DNA from: Eledone cirrhosa | Lineage: Eukaryota | Length of the DNA stretch: 64,000 nucleotides | Direction of reading: 5' to 3' | NCBI GenBank assembly: GCA_964016885.1 | Contig: OZ024741.1 | Coordinates: 35,960,001 to 36,024,000 of the forward strand | Shown: one piece after another, positions 50,908 through 62,371 of the stretch | Position numbering within the stretch: the first letter of the stretch is position 1 | Layout: every line of letters starts with the position of its first letter | Notes under the pieces: generated by a model | Database searches by the model: none | Told to the model about the DNA's origin: nothing | Seen by the model: the letters and a program-made list of their open reading frames with translations, nothing else | Program-made: the position numbers and the translations under genes

Positions 50908-53588
50908 CAAACAACCGCAATGACAGAGGACGGAGACATCGTTATGCTAGAAGGAGACTTCAATGGTCATGTTGGACAGCTCCAGGATGGTTACACTGGG
51001 GTACATGGTGAGCAAGGTTACGGCTCAAGAAATGAAGAAGGAGTGAGACTTCTTGAATTTTGTGATGCAGGTACATTGACTATTTGCAACACAAACTTCC
51101 AGAAACCTGCCAATCACCTAATAACCTACAAATCTGGTGAGCACATAAGCCAGATTGACTTCTTACTAGTTAGGCAGCGGGACAGGCAGATAGTGTCTAA
51201 TACCAAGGCATACCCTGGGGAAGAATGTACCCCACAGCATAGATTAGTTGTTAGTGATATCTCAGTAAGCAAGAGATGGAATGAGACATATAGGAAGGTG
51301 TGGAGAAGAAAGGTCTGGAAACTAAAAGACCTTTCACTAAAATACAAATTTAGGAAAGCCCTTCAAGATGTATATGACGAAAAAGAAGACGATTTAGAGA
51401 CATATGATATAGATAATAACTGGAATTTCTTACATGACAACTTGCTGCAGGCTACTGATGAAACTTGTGGCTGGAGCAGAGCTCCAACCAGACAGAGAGT
51501 GACCTGGTGGTGGAACAGCACAGTAGATAAGGCCATTAGAGACAAAAGACTAGCATGGAAGGCTTGGAAAAAGGGTGGGAGTAGGGAAGAATATACAGCC
51601 ACTAAGAGAGAAGCTAGACGTCAGGTTTACTTAGCACGCAGGGAGGCGGAGAGTAGGAGGTTTGCCAATGTTCTGCGACGAGAAGATCAGAGGCATGCGG
51701 TGTTCCACATTGCAAGGCAGTGTGTCAATGCAAATCAGGATGTTGTTGGAGATAAATGTGTCCGGGATGATGCCGGTGTACTTAGTGTCACAAATGATCA
51801 GAAAAAGGAGGCCTGGAAATGTCATTATGAGAGACTGATGAATGTGGAGAACGAATGGGAGAGAGAGAAATTACCCTTGGTAGATCCGACAGAGGGACCA
51901 ACTATTGAGATTGACGAATATAAGGTCCAAGAGGTGATTAGGGAAATGAAAAATGGTAAGGCTGCTGGACCATCGGGAATAGTTGCTGAGATGCTGAAGG
52001 CATCAGGGAATGTAGGCACTAAACTGGTTGCACGCATCATCAATCAGGCTATATATGGTGGTGTCATACCCAAAGACTGGTGCAGCAGTATTCTCATAAA
52101 TTGCTACAAAGGTAAAGGGGATGCTCTGGAGAGGAGCAATTATAGGGGTATAAAACTGATAGATCAGGTTATGAAAGTGGCAGAAAGGATATTAGCACAA
52201 CTAATTAGAGAAAGGGTCAAACTAGATGAGATGCAGTTTGGTTTTGTGCCTGGGAAGAGTATAACAGATGCCCTCTTCTTGGTGAGACAATTGCAAGAGA
52301 GGTTCTTAGAGAAAAATAAGCCACTATACTTAGCTTTTGTTGACCTAGAGAAGGCCTTTGATAGGGTACCCTGATCTGTCATCTGGTGGTCCCTAAGGAA
52401 ACTAGGTGTTGAGGAATGGCTTGTGAGGACAGTGCAAACTTTGTACAGAGGTACTCTCAGTAAAGTGAGAGTAGGAATGGAGTTTAGTGAGGAATTCCAG
52501 ATACAAGTAGGAGTACATCAGGGTTCGGTCCTCAGTCCGCTCTTGTTCATTATAGTCCTCCAAGCCATAATAGAGGAGTTTAAGACTGGCTGTCCATGGG
52601 AACTTCTCTATAGCAGAATCAGTAGAGGAGCTAGAGAATAAATTCTGGCTATGGAAACAGCAGTTGGAAGCAAGAGGACTGAGAGTGAACCTAGCTATGA
52701 CAAAAGTGTTGATGAGTAGAAAAGAGGACAAAACCCTGATTCCGTCAGGGAAATGGCCATGTTCGATATGCAGAAAAGGAACTGGCATAAATTCTATAAA
52801 ATGCACACAATGCAGATCCTGGGTACACAAGAGATGTAGCAGGATAGCAGGCAAACTAACAGGTAGGGAGAAATATGTATGCAGTGAATGTACAGGGAAA
52901 TTAGACAGTAGAAGTCGCATTGATAGACACATTTTTCAAATGCAGGAGGGCGCTATAGAAGTGGTGGATAGCTTCTGGTACCTAGGAGATCAGATTAGCA
53001 TGGGAGGAGGGTGTTCCGAGGCCATAGTATCTAGAATAAGGACGGGTTGGAAGAAGTTTAGGGAGCTGCTTCCTCTGTTGACGAAGAAGGGGTTCTCCCT
53101 GCGTACGAAAGGCCGGTTGTATGATGCCTGTGTGAGGAGCGCGATGCTGCATGGTAGTGAGACATGGGCAGCAACTGCAGAGGATATGCGACAGCTGGAG
53201 AGAAATGAGGCAAGCATGCTCCGTTGGATGTGTAGTGTAAATGTGCGTGAACGACCCAGCATAAATGTGTTGAGAGAGAAACTGTGTCTGAGAGGGATAG
53301 AATGTAGTGTATGGGAGAGGAGACTGAGGTGGTATGGACATGTGATGCGCATGGAGGATGACCGATGGGTGAAGAAGTGCCAGGAAATGCCAGTTGAAGG
53401 AAGACGTGGTAGAGGTAGACCACGAAAAACATGGGCGTAGGTGGTGAGAACAGACCTCAGATCATTGAAGCTCATGGTGGAGATGACGAAGGACCGTGAC
53501 GAGTGGAGAGATGCTGTGCTGAATAAGACCCGTCCCACCCTATCAAGCAAGGAAAAGCGGACGTAAAATGATGATGATGAATGATGAT
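50908..53588 (+). mobile_element. RTE LINE, second subfamily (short 3'UTR), with stops and a deletion of the YADD motif
   Basis: ORFs 50920..52374, 52423..52641 and 52664..53440. PHD CSIC...CTQC...H..C...CSEC. (GAT)n tail. Confidence 0.95.
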
Positions 53589-53661
53589 ATATGTATAGAT
53601 ATACATATATATATCATCATTATCATCATCATCACCATTTAACATCTACATCGTATATATA

Positions 53662-55609
53662 TCATCATCATCATCATCATCAACGTTTAACGTCCGTGTT
53701 CCACGCTTGCATGGGTTTGGACGGGGGTTTTCCCACTTGAGGCAAGAGTGATTATCTTGCTCGCATAGGACTATCTGGCGGGTTTTCTACAGCTGGATGC
53801 CCTTCCTAACACCAACCACATTTACAGTGTGGGGCTGGGAGGTTTTTACCGTGTTGCCTACACGGCCACATTACAGCGTGGACTGTCTGGCGGGTTTTCT
53901 ACAGCTGGATGCCCTTCCTAACACCAACCACATTTACAGTGTGGGGCTGGGAGGTTTTTACCGTGTTGCCTACACGGCCACATTACAGTGTAAACTGTGT
54001 GTTTTTTTGTCATGACACCTACACGATCTCATTTATTTCGGTCTGGATGTTGTGGCACCAACATAACTTTACATTGAAAGGGGCGGTGTGGATGGGGTGG
54101 GGGTGGTGGGACGGGGTGTATTTTGTTAGAGATGCCTACTGACTGTAGTAGGTTTTACTTTGTATTTAGGTAAGGCGGGTCTTCTCTATTACTGAGTACC
54201 GCCAAAGGTCTCGGTCCAGTGACATTGTCTTGGAGAGGTGTAAGTGTGTGAGGTCGGAATTTATCAAGTCGTCCCAGGTTTTTCTGGGTCTGCCTATTCC
54301 GTGGCTACCGTCTATCTTTATTGCCCTGCACTTTGTTATACAGCTATCGTCTTTCATGCGCATCACGTGACCATACCAACATAACCTTCTCTCGAGTAAA
54401 CAACATCTGATCCCTCTTATTCCTAATTTTTTCCTTAGTTCGTTTATGCTTTGCCGTTCACGTATATTACTATTACACATCCAGTGGAGCATGCAAGCTT
54501 TGTTCCTCTCTAGTCTGTGTATATCCTCTGCACACAATGCCCAGGTCTCACTGCCATGCAACATTGCTGTTCGTATGCAGGCATCATACAACCTGCCTTT
54601 CATTTTTAGGGAGAACCCTTTAGCGGCTAATAGTGGTATAAGCTCTCTGAACTTTTTCCATCCAGTTCTGACTCTAGCTACTGTACTTTCAGAGCACCCT
54701 CCCCCACTGCTGATTTTGTCACCCAGGTAACGGAAGCTGTCCACTATTTCTATAGAACCCTCTGCGCAGTTGAAAGAGCTAGTATTTTGTGGGCACTTGC
54801 TGCTACTTATTGCACCAGAGCACTGGCCACATGTAAAATCTATGTTCTTAGTTAGCTTACCTGTGATCTCACTACATCTTTTATGCACCCATACTTTGCA
54901 TTTGGGACACAAAATGGAGTTTCTACCTACGCCTTTCCTACACACTGAGCATGGCCACTTCCCGGAAGGGACCGCCGCCTTATTTTCTTTCTTACAAACT
55001 AGAACTTTAGTCTTAGCCAGGTTAATTTTAAGGCCTTTTGATTCTAGGCCGTGATTCCATGTTTGGAATTTCTTCTCTAGCTCGGCCATTGATTCAGCTA
55101 TGAGTGTTAGGTCATCTGCGTATAGGAGTTCCCATGAGCAACCGGTCTTGAACTCCTCAGTTATAGCCTGAAGGGCAATAATAAATAGTAGGGGGCTGAG
55201 AACAGAGCCCTGATGGACGCCAACTTTTACGCTAAACTCTTCACTATATTCGTTGTTAATTCTAACCTTGCTGACTGTTTCTTTATACATGGCTTGTATA
55301 GCTCTCACAAGCCATTCGTCAACACCTAGTTTTCTAAGAGCCCACCAGATAATGGAACGGGGGACTCTGTCGAAGGCTTTCTCCAAGTCGACAAAAGCTA
55401 AGTATAGGGGTTTACTTTTAGCTAGGTACTTCTCCTGTAGTTGTCGTACAATGAAAAGAGCGTCTGTGGTACTTTTGCCTGACACAAACCCGAACTGCAT
55501 TTCATCTAGATCAATTCTCTCTCTGATTAGTTGCACTATTACTTTTTCCGTGACCTTCATCACCTGGTCGATTAATTTAATGCCTCTAGAGTTACCCCTA
55601 TCTAGGGCA
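53662..55609 (-). mobile_element. 5'-truncated RTE LINE with a 112-bp tandem duplication in the 3'UTR
   Basis: ORF 54166..55620 is nearly identical to 15859..17439. Duplicated UTR unit at about 53770-53990. Confidence 0.95.
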
Positions 55610-55683
55610 TATATATACAAATATATTACACAAATAGAAGTGAAATGTGTGTAAAGAATTAATATTATTATTATTACTGTGAA

Positions 55684-55870
55684 GAGCGGTGGATTGGAAG
55701 TATCGGTAGAGGGTCGGACGCCATGCTTTGAAGCGTAGAGTTACGTCCCTTTACGATATGAGTTCAAATCCCGCCGAGGTTGACATTGCCTTTCATCCTT
55801 ACGGACTCGATGAAATAAAGTACCAGTAATACACTGGGTAATTGCTGGCCTTGTGCCTAAAGTAGAAACA
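55684..55870 (+). mobile_element. Meta-like tRNA SINE with TSD (ATT)nACTGTGAA
   Basis: Flanking direct repeats; A and B boxes present. Confidence 0.85.
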
Positions 55871-55924
55871 ATTATTATTATTACTGTGAACTGCGGAATA
55901 CTCTTAATTCCGATCCTAGTATAT

Positions 55925-56262
55925 TTCATTTCATTTCATTTCATTTTACGTCCACATTTCCCTGCTTGCAAGGGTGGGACGGGAACTGATTCTGGCATGA
56001 TTTCTACAGCTGGATGTCCTAACACCAACCTCATTTACAGTGAGTGCTGGGTGCTTTTTTGCCGTGGCACCTCCACGACCACTTTGCAGTGGAATGATAG
56101 GTACTCCAGTCCCTATCATCTCATTTCTACAGCTGAGTAAACTGGAGCAATGTGAAATAAAGTGTCTTGCTCAAGGAAACAACACATCACCCGGTCTGAG
56201 AATTGAACTCACAACCTTTCGATTGCAAGGCCAATGCTCAAACCACTAAGCCATGTGCCTCC
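55925..56262 (-). mobile_element. tRNA SINE with RTE tail (14607 family)
   Basis: Near-identical to 18565-18910. Confidence 0.9.
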
Positions 56263-57013
56263 ATTATATATATATACATATATTATATTATATATATGGG
56301 TATGTGCATGTTTCTGTTTACATCTAATGTTTGTTTATGTCCCATAACTTAGTGGTTTGACAAAAAGCGATCAATAAAATAAGTAGCAAACTTTTAAAAT
56401 ATTGCTGGGGTTGAGAATGACCAAATCCCTTTAAGGTGGTTTAAGGTGGCTACAGTCTACTGACAGAAACCTTTAATAAAATGTATAAAATAAAAGTCTA
56501 AAGAATACTACAGCACACAAATCCTCCAGGGAAATGCCTTCTGCATTCTGTCTGCCGGGGCTGTGGGGTCACCAGCACGTGGGACCCCATTTGTTCATAA
56601 TACAGAGAAATGGAGGCGATGATCGTGGGAGTTCGGTTCTTTCGTGTTCGGACACATTTGTCAAACTGTAGGTTTTATGAAACAATTATACCATAAATTA
56701 AACAGGCCTCTGACCACTAGAAAAGAAAACTGAAAGCTAAATCAGCAGTTATCACGTTTTTATTTTTCCTTTTTCTTGTAAATTAAGTAAGTTCATATTC
56801 AGCAGTGAATGGCATCGCAGAAACTACTACAAATATATGAAAATAGTACAATAATTCAAAGAGCTATAAGCATACACCCATACTATTACACAGAAAAGAA
56901 TTATACTTGTGTATACTGATAGATTCTGCATCACTTTCACTGATGAATATTTAGTTGTTCAATGAATATACAATTCATGAATTTATGTATTCAAAATACA
57001 CACGTACCCTTAA

Positions 57014-57246
57014 CCCTTTCATGACTGAATTTCTAACGAAATACAGTCTAATTTAATTAATTAATGAAGAATTTTGAGGTATTTACTAAAATAATTAATT
57101 ATTTCATTTCTAAGATCGTAACTTAATGTAAGGTTCTTATATAAAATTCTGTTGAAAGATTTTTATTTAAATTGGAACACTTTGTAATGGAAGGGTTTTG
57201 TTTCATAGAACCAGAGCTGGTTTTGGCTGGGTTGGTAACTAAAGGG
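57014..57246. mobile_element. piggyBac-type MITE (distinct interior)
   Basis: TTAA-CCCTTT...AAAGGG-TTAA. Confidence 0.7.
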
Positions 57247-57636
57247 TTAACATAATTTCCAAGCAAAATCAGCATGACACAATGTATGAAAAAGTTGGCC
57301 CTTTGAATTACAGGTACAGTTCATCTGACAGGCTTCCATACAGTTTCCATCTATACAATTTCACTCACAAAGTTTCAGTCAGCCCTTGATGCCACACGGT
57401 GAGATTGAACCCAGGACCTTATGATTTCAAAGCCAACCTCCTCACCACAACACTAGTGCTACCTCACAGTTTCCGCCAACTCAGCCTCACTCATAAGGCT
57501 TGAGTCAACCCAAGGCTATGATAAACAGACTTGTCCAAGATGCCACATAGTGGGATCAAGCCTAGTACCTAATGACTGAGAAGAGAATCTCTTAACCATT
57601 CAGCCTAACAATGTAAATATTTCACTCCAACATACT

Positions 57637-58870
57637 TGTAGGTGTCACAACAAAAAACACCCAGTCCACACTATAAAGTTGTCATGTATGAGACACAACA
57701 AAAAACACCCAGTCCATGCTGTAAAGTGGTTGTGTAGGAGACACGACAAAAAACACCCAGTCCACACTGTAAAGTGGTCATGTAGGAGACACAACAAAAA
57801 ACACCCAGTCCACGCTGTAAAACGGTCATGTAGGAGTCACGACAAAAAATACCCAATCCACCCTGTAAAGTGGTTGTGTAGGTGTCACGACAAAAAACAC
57901 CCAGTCCACACTGTAAAGTGGTTGTGTAGGTGTCACAACAAAAAACACCCAGTCCACACTATAAAGTTGTCATGTATGAGACACAACAAAAAACACCCAG
58001 TCCATGCTGTAAAGTGGTTGTGTAGGAGACACGACAAAAAACACCCAGTCCACACTGTAAAGTGGTCATGTAGGAGACACAACAAAAAACACCCAGTCCA
58101 CGCTGTAAAACGGTCATGTAGGAGTCACGACAAAAAATACCCAATCCACCCTGTAAAGTGGTTGTGTAGGTGTCACGACAAAAAACACCCAGTCCACACT
58201 GTAAAGTGGTTGTGTAGGTGTCACAACAAAAAACACCCAGTCCACACTATAAAGTTGTCATGTATGAGACACAACAAAAAACACCCAGTCCATGCTGTAA
58301 AGTGGTTGTGTAGGAGACACGACAAAAAACACCCAGTCCACACTGTAAAGTGGTCATGTAGGAGACACAACAAAAAACACCCAGTCCACGCTGTAAAACG
58401 GTCATGTAGGAGTCACGACAAAAAATACCCAATCCACCCTGTAAAGTGGTTGTGTAGGTGTCACGACAAAAAACACCCAGTCCACACTGTAAAGTGGTTG
58501 TGTAGGTGTCACAACAAAAAACACCCAGTCCACACTATAAAGTGGTCATGTAGGAGACACAACAAAAAACACCCAGTCCATGCTGTAAAGTGGTTGTGTA
58601 GGAGACATGACAAAAAACACCCAGTCCACACTCTAAAGTGGTTGTGTAGGTGTCACAAAAAAAAGCACCCAATCAACCCTGTAAAGTGGTTGTGTAGGTG
58701 TCACGACAAAAAACACCCAGTCCACACTGTAAAGTGGTTGTGTAGGTGTCACGACAAAAAACACCCAGTCCACACTGTAAAGTGGCCGTGTAGGTGTCAT
58801 AAGAAGCACCCATTCCACACTGTAAAGTGGTCGTGTAGGTGTCACGACAAGAAGCACCCAGTCCACACTG
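57637..58870. repeat. 48-bp minisatellite (about 26 units) with a 288-bp (6-unit) higher-order repeat
   Basis: Unit TGTAGGTGTCACGACAAAAAACACCCAGTCCACACTGTAAAGTGGTTG. Identical ORFs recur at 57671, 57959 and 58247. Confidence 0.95.
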
Positions 58871-60255
58871 CAAATGTGGTTGGCTATAGGAAGGGCATGG
58901 TGGTTGTGGTGGTGGTGATACATGTACACTGTTAACATTCGTTTCAAATTGATGTATTTCATATTCTTTCACAATGAAACCATTCAAGAAATCCAATTAT
59001 AACAGAAATATTTCAATGGCATGAATTCAAAAGTATATTTTCACATACATACATATATATATACAGTCAACGCGATCAGTCGCATATTTTGGCGTGGGAG
59101 ACTATTTATTAAATTTAAGATGAATACTATCTCCGACAGTAATGCCACAACTACAGTACAGTCATGTTGAATAACTGGTTATTCTTCTAACTATATCTTC
59201 TGAAGACACTTTTTATTCGAATTCGTAGAGATATCCGACTAAATACATAATTCATTTTACAAAGATTTGCTACAAACAGCATGGCTGAACACAACATCAA
59301 CAACAAAATTAAGGAAGTACCGAAGACAAATAACAAGGAAGGTAAACAAACTTTATTCGGTTGTAGCTACAGAAGAAACCGAAATTATAAATCACATTTC
59401 TCTTGGAGTTGCGAACTTAATGATGATTTATTTAATTGTTATAAAATGGCAAAAAAAACATTCACTCCATTGGCTATATGAATAGAATGAAGCTACACTG
59501 GGACGAAATGCACCCAGAGCTAAATTATTTCACAGCGAAACAATTACGCCAACAAGCGACGTTTGTTGAACGTAAAAATAAGATAAATATTATTAATTGT
59601 AAGTCCCCCACAACAAACATGTTATCAACAACACGTGCTACAGGTCGCCATGCTACCAGACTTCCTAGCAGCCAGGTCTAACAGTGCCTTGAAACAACTA
59701 TGCCTGTAAGAAACTTGACACCACCTGTACGCTCTAAGTCTACCTCGAATGCTGGGGAAAATACTATCGATAATAATAATAATCGAAGAAATAATAATAA
59801 TAATCGAAGAAATAATAATAATAATCGAAGAAATTTGACACCACGTATACCATCTGAGTCTACCTCGACTATTGTGGAAAATACTATCGATAATGATAAT
59901 AATCAAAAGTATAAACAATTGAAATTTTCCCTTAACGAAATCTTCCAGAGAGAAATTAATTCATCTATAAATATCTCTCTTGCTGAACGTATTAAAACGA
60001 CAACGTTTAATAAAAAACCAAATAATGAAATATTACGTGTTATTGACGAAATAGGGAATGAATATTTACGACGGATAAAAACCCCAACATTTTGGCAAAT
60101 CAACGCCTGTTTATATGCCTTAGCAACGACAGTGAAGCATTATCTTGGTGATAGCAGATATATTAACAATATAAACACCACCAAAAATGCCATCTTATAT
60201 AACTAAAATAGAAAAAAAAGATTGCTGACCTACGAAAAAACATAGGATATGTGAC

Positions 60256-62371
60256 TGTAGCGGTTGTCTCCCTTGTTTGGATTAACATCTAGACGGGAAG
60301 TAGAACCCTTTCTGTAACTTCCGGTCAGAACCCTATAAAACTAACAACTTTAAGTTCTCACTCTCTCATTGCCCTTTCGGCACCAGGCCAAGAGCCTCTC
60401 ATTTGCCTTCCGGCGCCTGGGCCTTAGCCAGGCGTCCTCTGCCAGCTGCGTTTGCCTGGCAATCAAAACGGTAACGACTAACTTTGTTTCATTCTATCAT
60501 CTATTTCTTTGGCATGTCAACTATACTATCTACCATTGTTAATTAAATAATATCTACACAAACAATGTATTCCTTGTTACATTCATACAACCCAGTTTTT
60601 TCGCTATATTGGTAACCCTGACGTGATACGAACACGCAGCCGTTCATCGCTATAAGTGGTCACCCCGAAAAAAGAAAAAGATAGCAGATTCTGGAGTTGT
60701 GTGGGTAACATTACGAATACACAGCAAATTTATCGACAAACTATGAAAATACTCAAAGAAACGGACACACGCACATGTGGAATTCGCGTTCAGACAGACT
60801 TTTTCTCTCACGCATCAACTAACTGTCGCATTTCACGATATATATTCTCGTTTCTTACAACGAACACTTTCAAAACAAAAAAAATTAAAAACATTTCACG
60901 ATATATATATATGTTTCTCGTTTCTTACAACGAACTCTTTCAAAACAAAATAAAAAAAGAAATTTGACATTCTTTAAAAAACATTTCAACAGGAACATTT
61001 ATTTTCGATGAACCATTGCCTTTTTTTTCATCGTTTTCTTCATCGTTCAAGTTTTTTTTCCAAAGTTCACACCAATAATTATGCTGAGTGAAGCCTTTCT
61101 TTTTCATCATTGTCACTTTCACACTTGCACTATCATTTTCTCGCGCGTTAGAAATATTATTTTTTCAACCTTGTATTGGCACGTGTAGGCAGCACAAATT
61201 CTCGACTCACAGAGATAGCCGCACGCCAGAGATAACGTTTCTCGCCAAGGATTCTTCAGCCTTAAGCTATATCTTCCTATTTGCCGGTTTAAAAATTTAC
61301 TACGTAAATTTGCCGTTGAAAACTGCGCATTTATTCAGAATGCTTATTTCTTTGGTCGCTGGCCTCTTGACCCTTCCAGGTCAACGCATTCTCAACATCG
61401 ACCACCAACTTCGGCTGCTATTTCTAGCACTTTGCGCAACTCATTTTTTCTGAAAAAAAATTTTTTACTGTGAATTTAAACACCAAATACGCTCACTCAG
61501 CGAGACAACAGCAGCAGCAACAGCAATATAACAGCAACAGCAACAGCAATATAACAGCAATACAGCAGCAACAGCAGCAGCAACAGCAACAGCAATACAT
61601 CAACACAGCTTCACCAACAACCAAAGCCAGAGAATTTATTTTTGCAGCACTCTTCCTGTGAGAAAAACCATTCGGAGATTGGAAATTTCACGATATACCA
61701 CAGAACAGAAACCACCTGCATTCATTCTCTGGAACACACTTTCTTTCCTGCTGTCATGTGATTGCACACCTGTGAACTATATTTTGTACATTTGAACTTT
61801 GAGCCCTTCTCTTACTTTATTACATTGTATCTTTGGGTGATGGATAGATAGATGTCCAGTCGTTCTCTGGCCAAGAGCGGTTGGCTACCTTGATATCTAT
61901 CATTGGTTTTTGCAAACATTCTTTTGTCGTAATTTTCATGCCTGTTACAACATTCTCGCCAACTTGCTACATATTTTTATTCGATTTTTATATCCTAAAA
62001 TTCTGGCGGGAGGTTATGTAGCGGTTGTCTCCCTTGTTTCGATTAACATCTAGACGGGAAGTAGAACCCTTTCTGTAACTTCCGGTCAGAACCCTATAAA
62101 ACTAACAACTTTAAGTTCTCACTCTCTCATTGCCCTTTCGGCACCAGGCCAAGAGCCTCTCATTTGCCTTTCGGCGCCTGGGCCTTAGCCAGGCGTCCTC
62201 TGCCAGCCGCGTTTGCCTGGCAATCAAAACGGTAACGACTAACTTTGTTTCATTCTTTCATCTATTTCTTTGGCATGTCAACTATACTATCTACCATTGT
62301 TAATTAAATATTATACACATCAAACCATGTCTCGTTTTGTTACATTCATGCAACCCAGTACTCTCGCTATA
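60256..62371 (+). mobile_element. Non-autonomous LTR retrotransposon (Gypsy-like), LTRs 60256-60608 and 62017-62371
   Basis: About 354-bp direct repeats TGTAGCG...CGCTATA with a 4-bp TSD TGAC. TATAAAA at 60334, PBS after the 5' LTR, purine-rich tract GGCGGGAGG before the 3' LTR, and no gag/pol ORF. Confidence 0.92.
60610..60627 (+). promoter_or_regulatory. Primer-binding site complementary to the 3' end of tRNA-Trp
   Basis: TGGTAACCCTGACGTGAT versus the expected TGGTGACCCCGACGTGAT (2 mismatches). Confidence 0.85.

Noticed and set aside
57637-58870. CRISPR-like array
   Set aside because: The units are contiguous with no unique spacers, the context is eukaryotic and there are no cas genes.
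57679-58935. 418-aa His/Lys/Cys-rich ORF
   Set aside because: It is a by-product of a stop-free 48-bp minisatellite derived from a retroelement UTR; there is no evidence of coding function.
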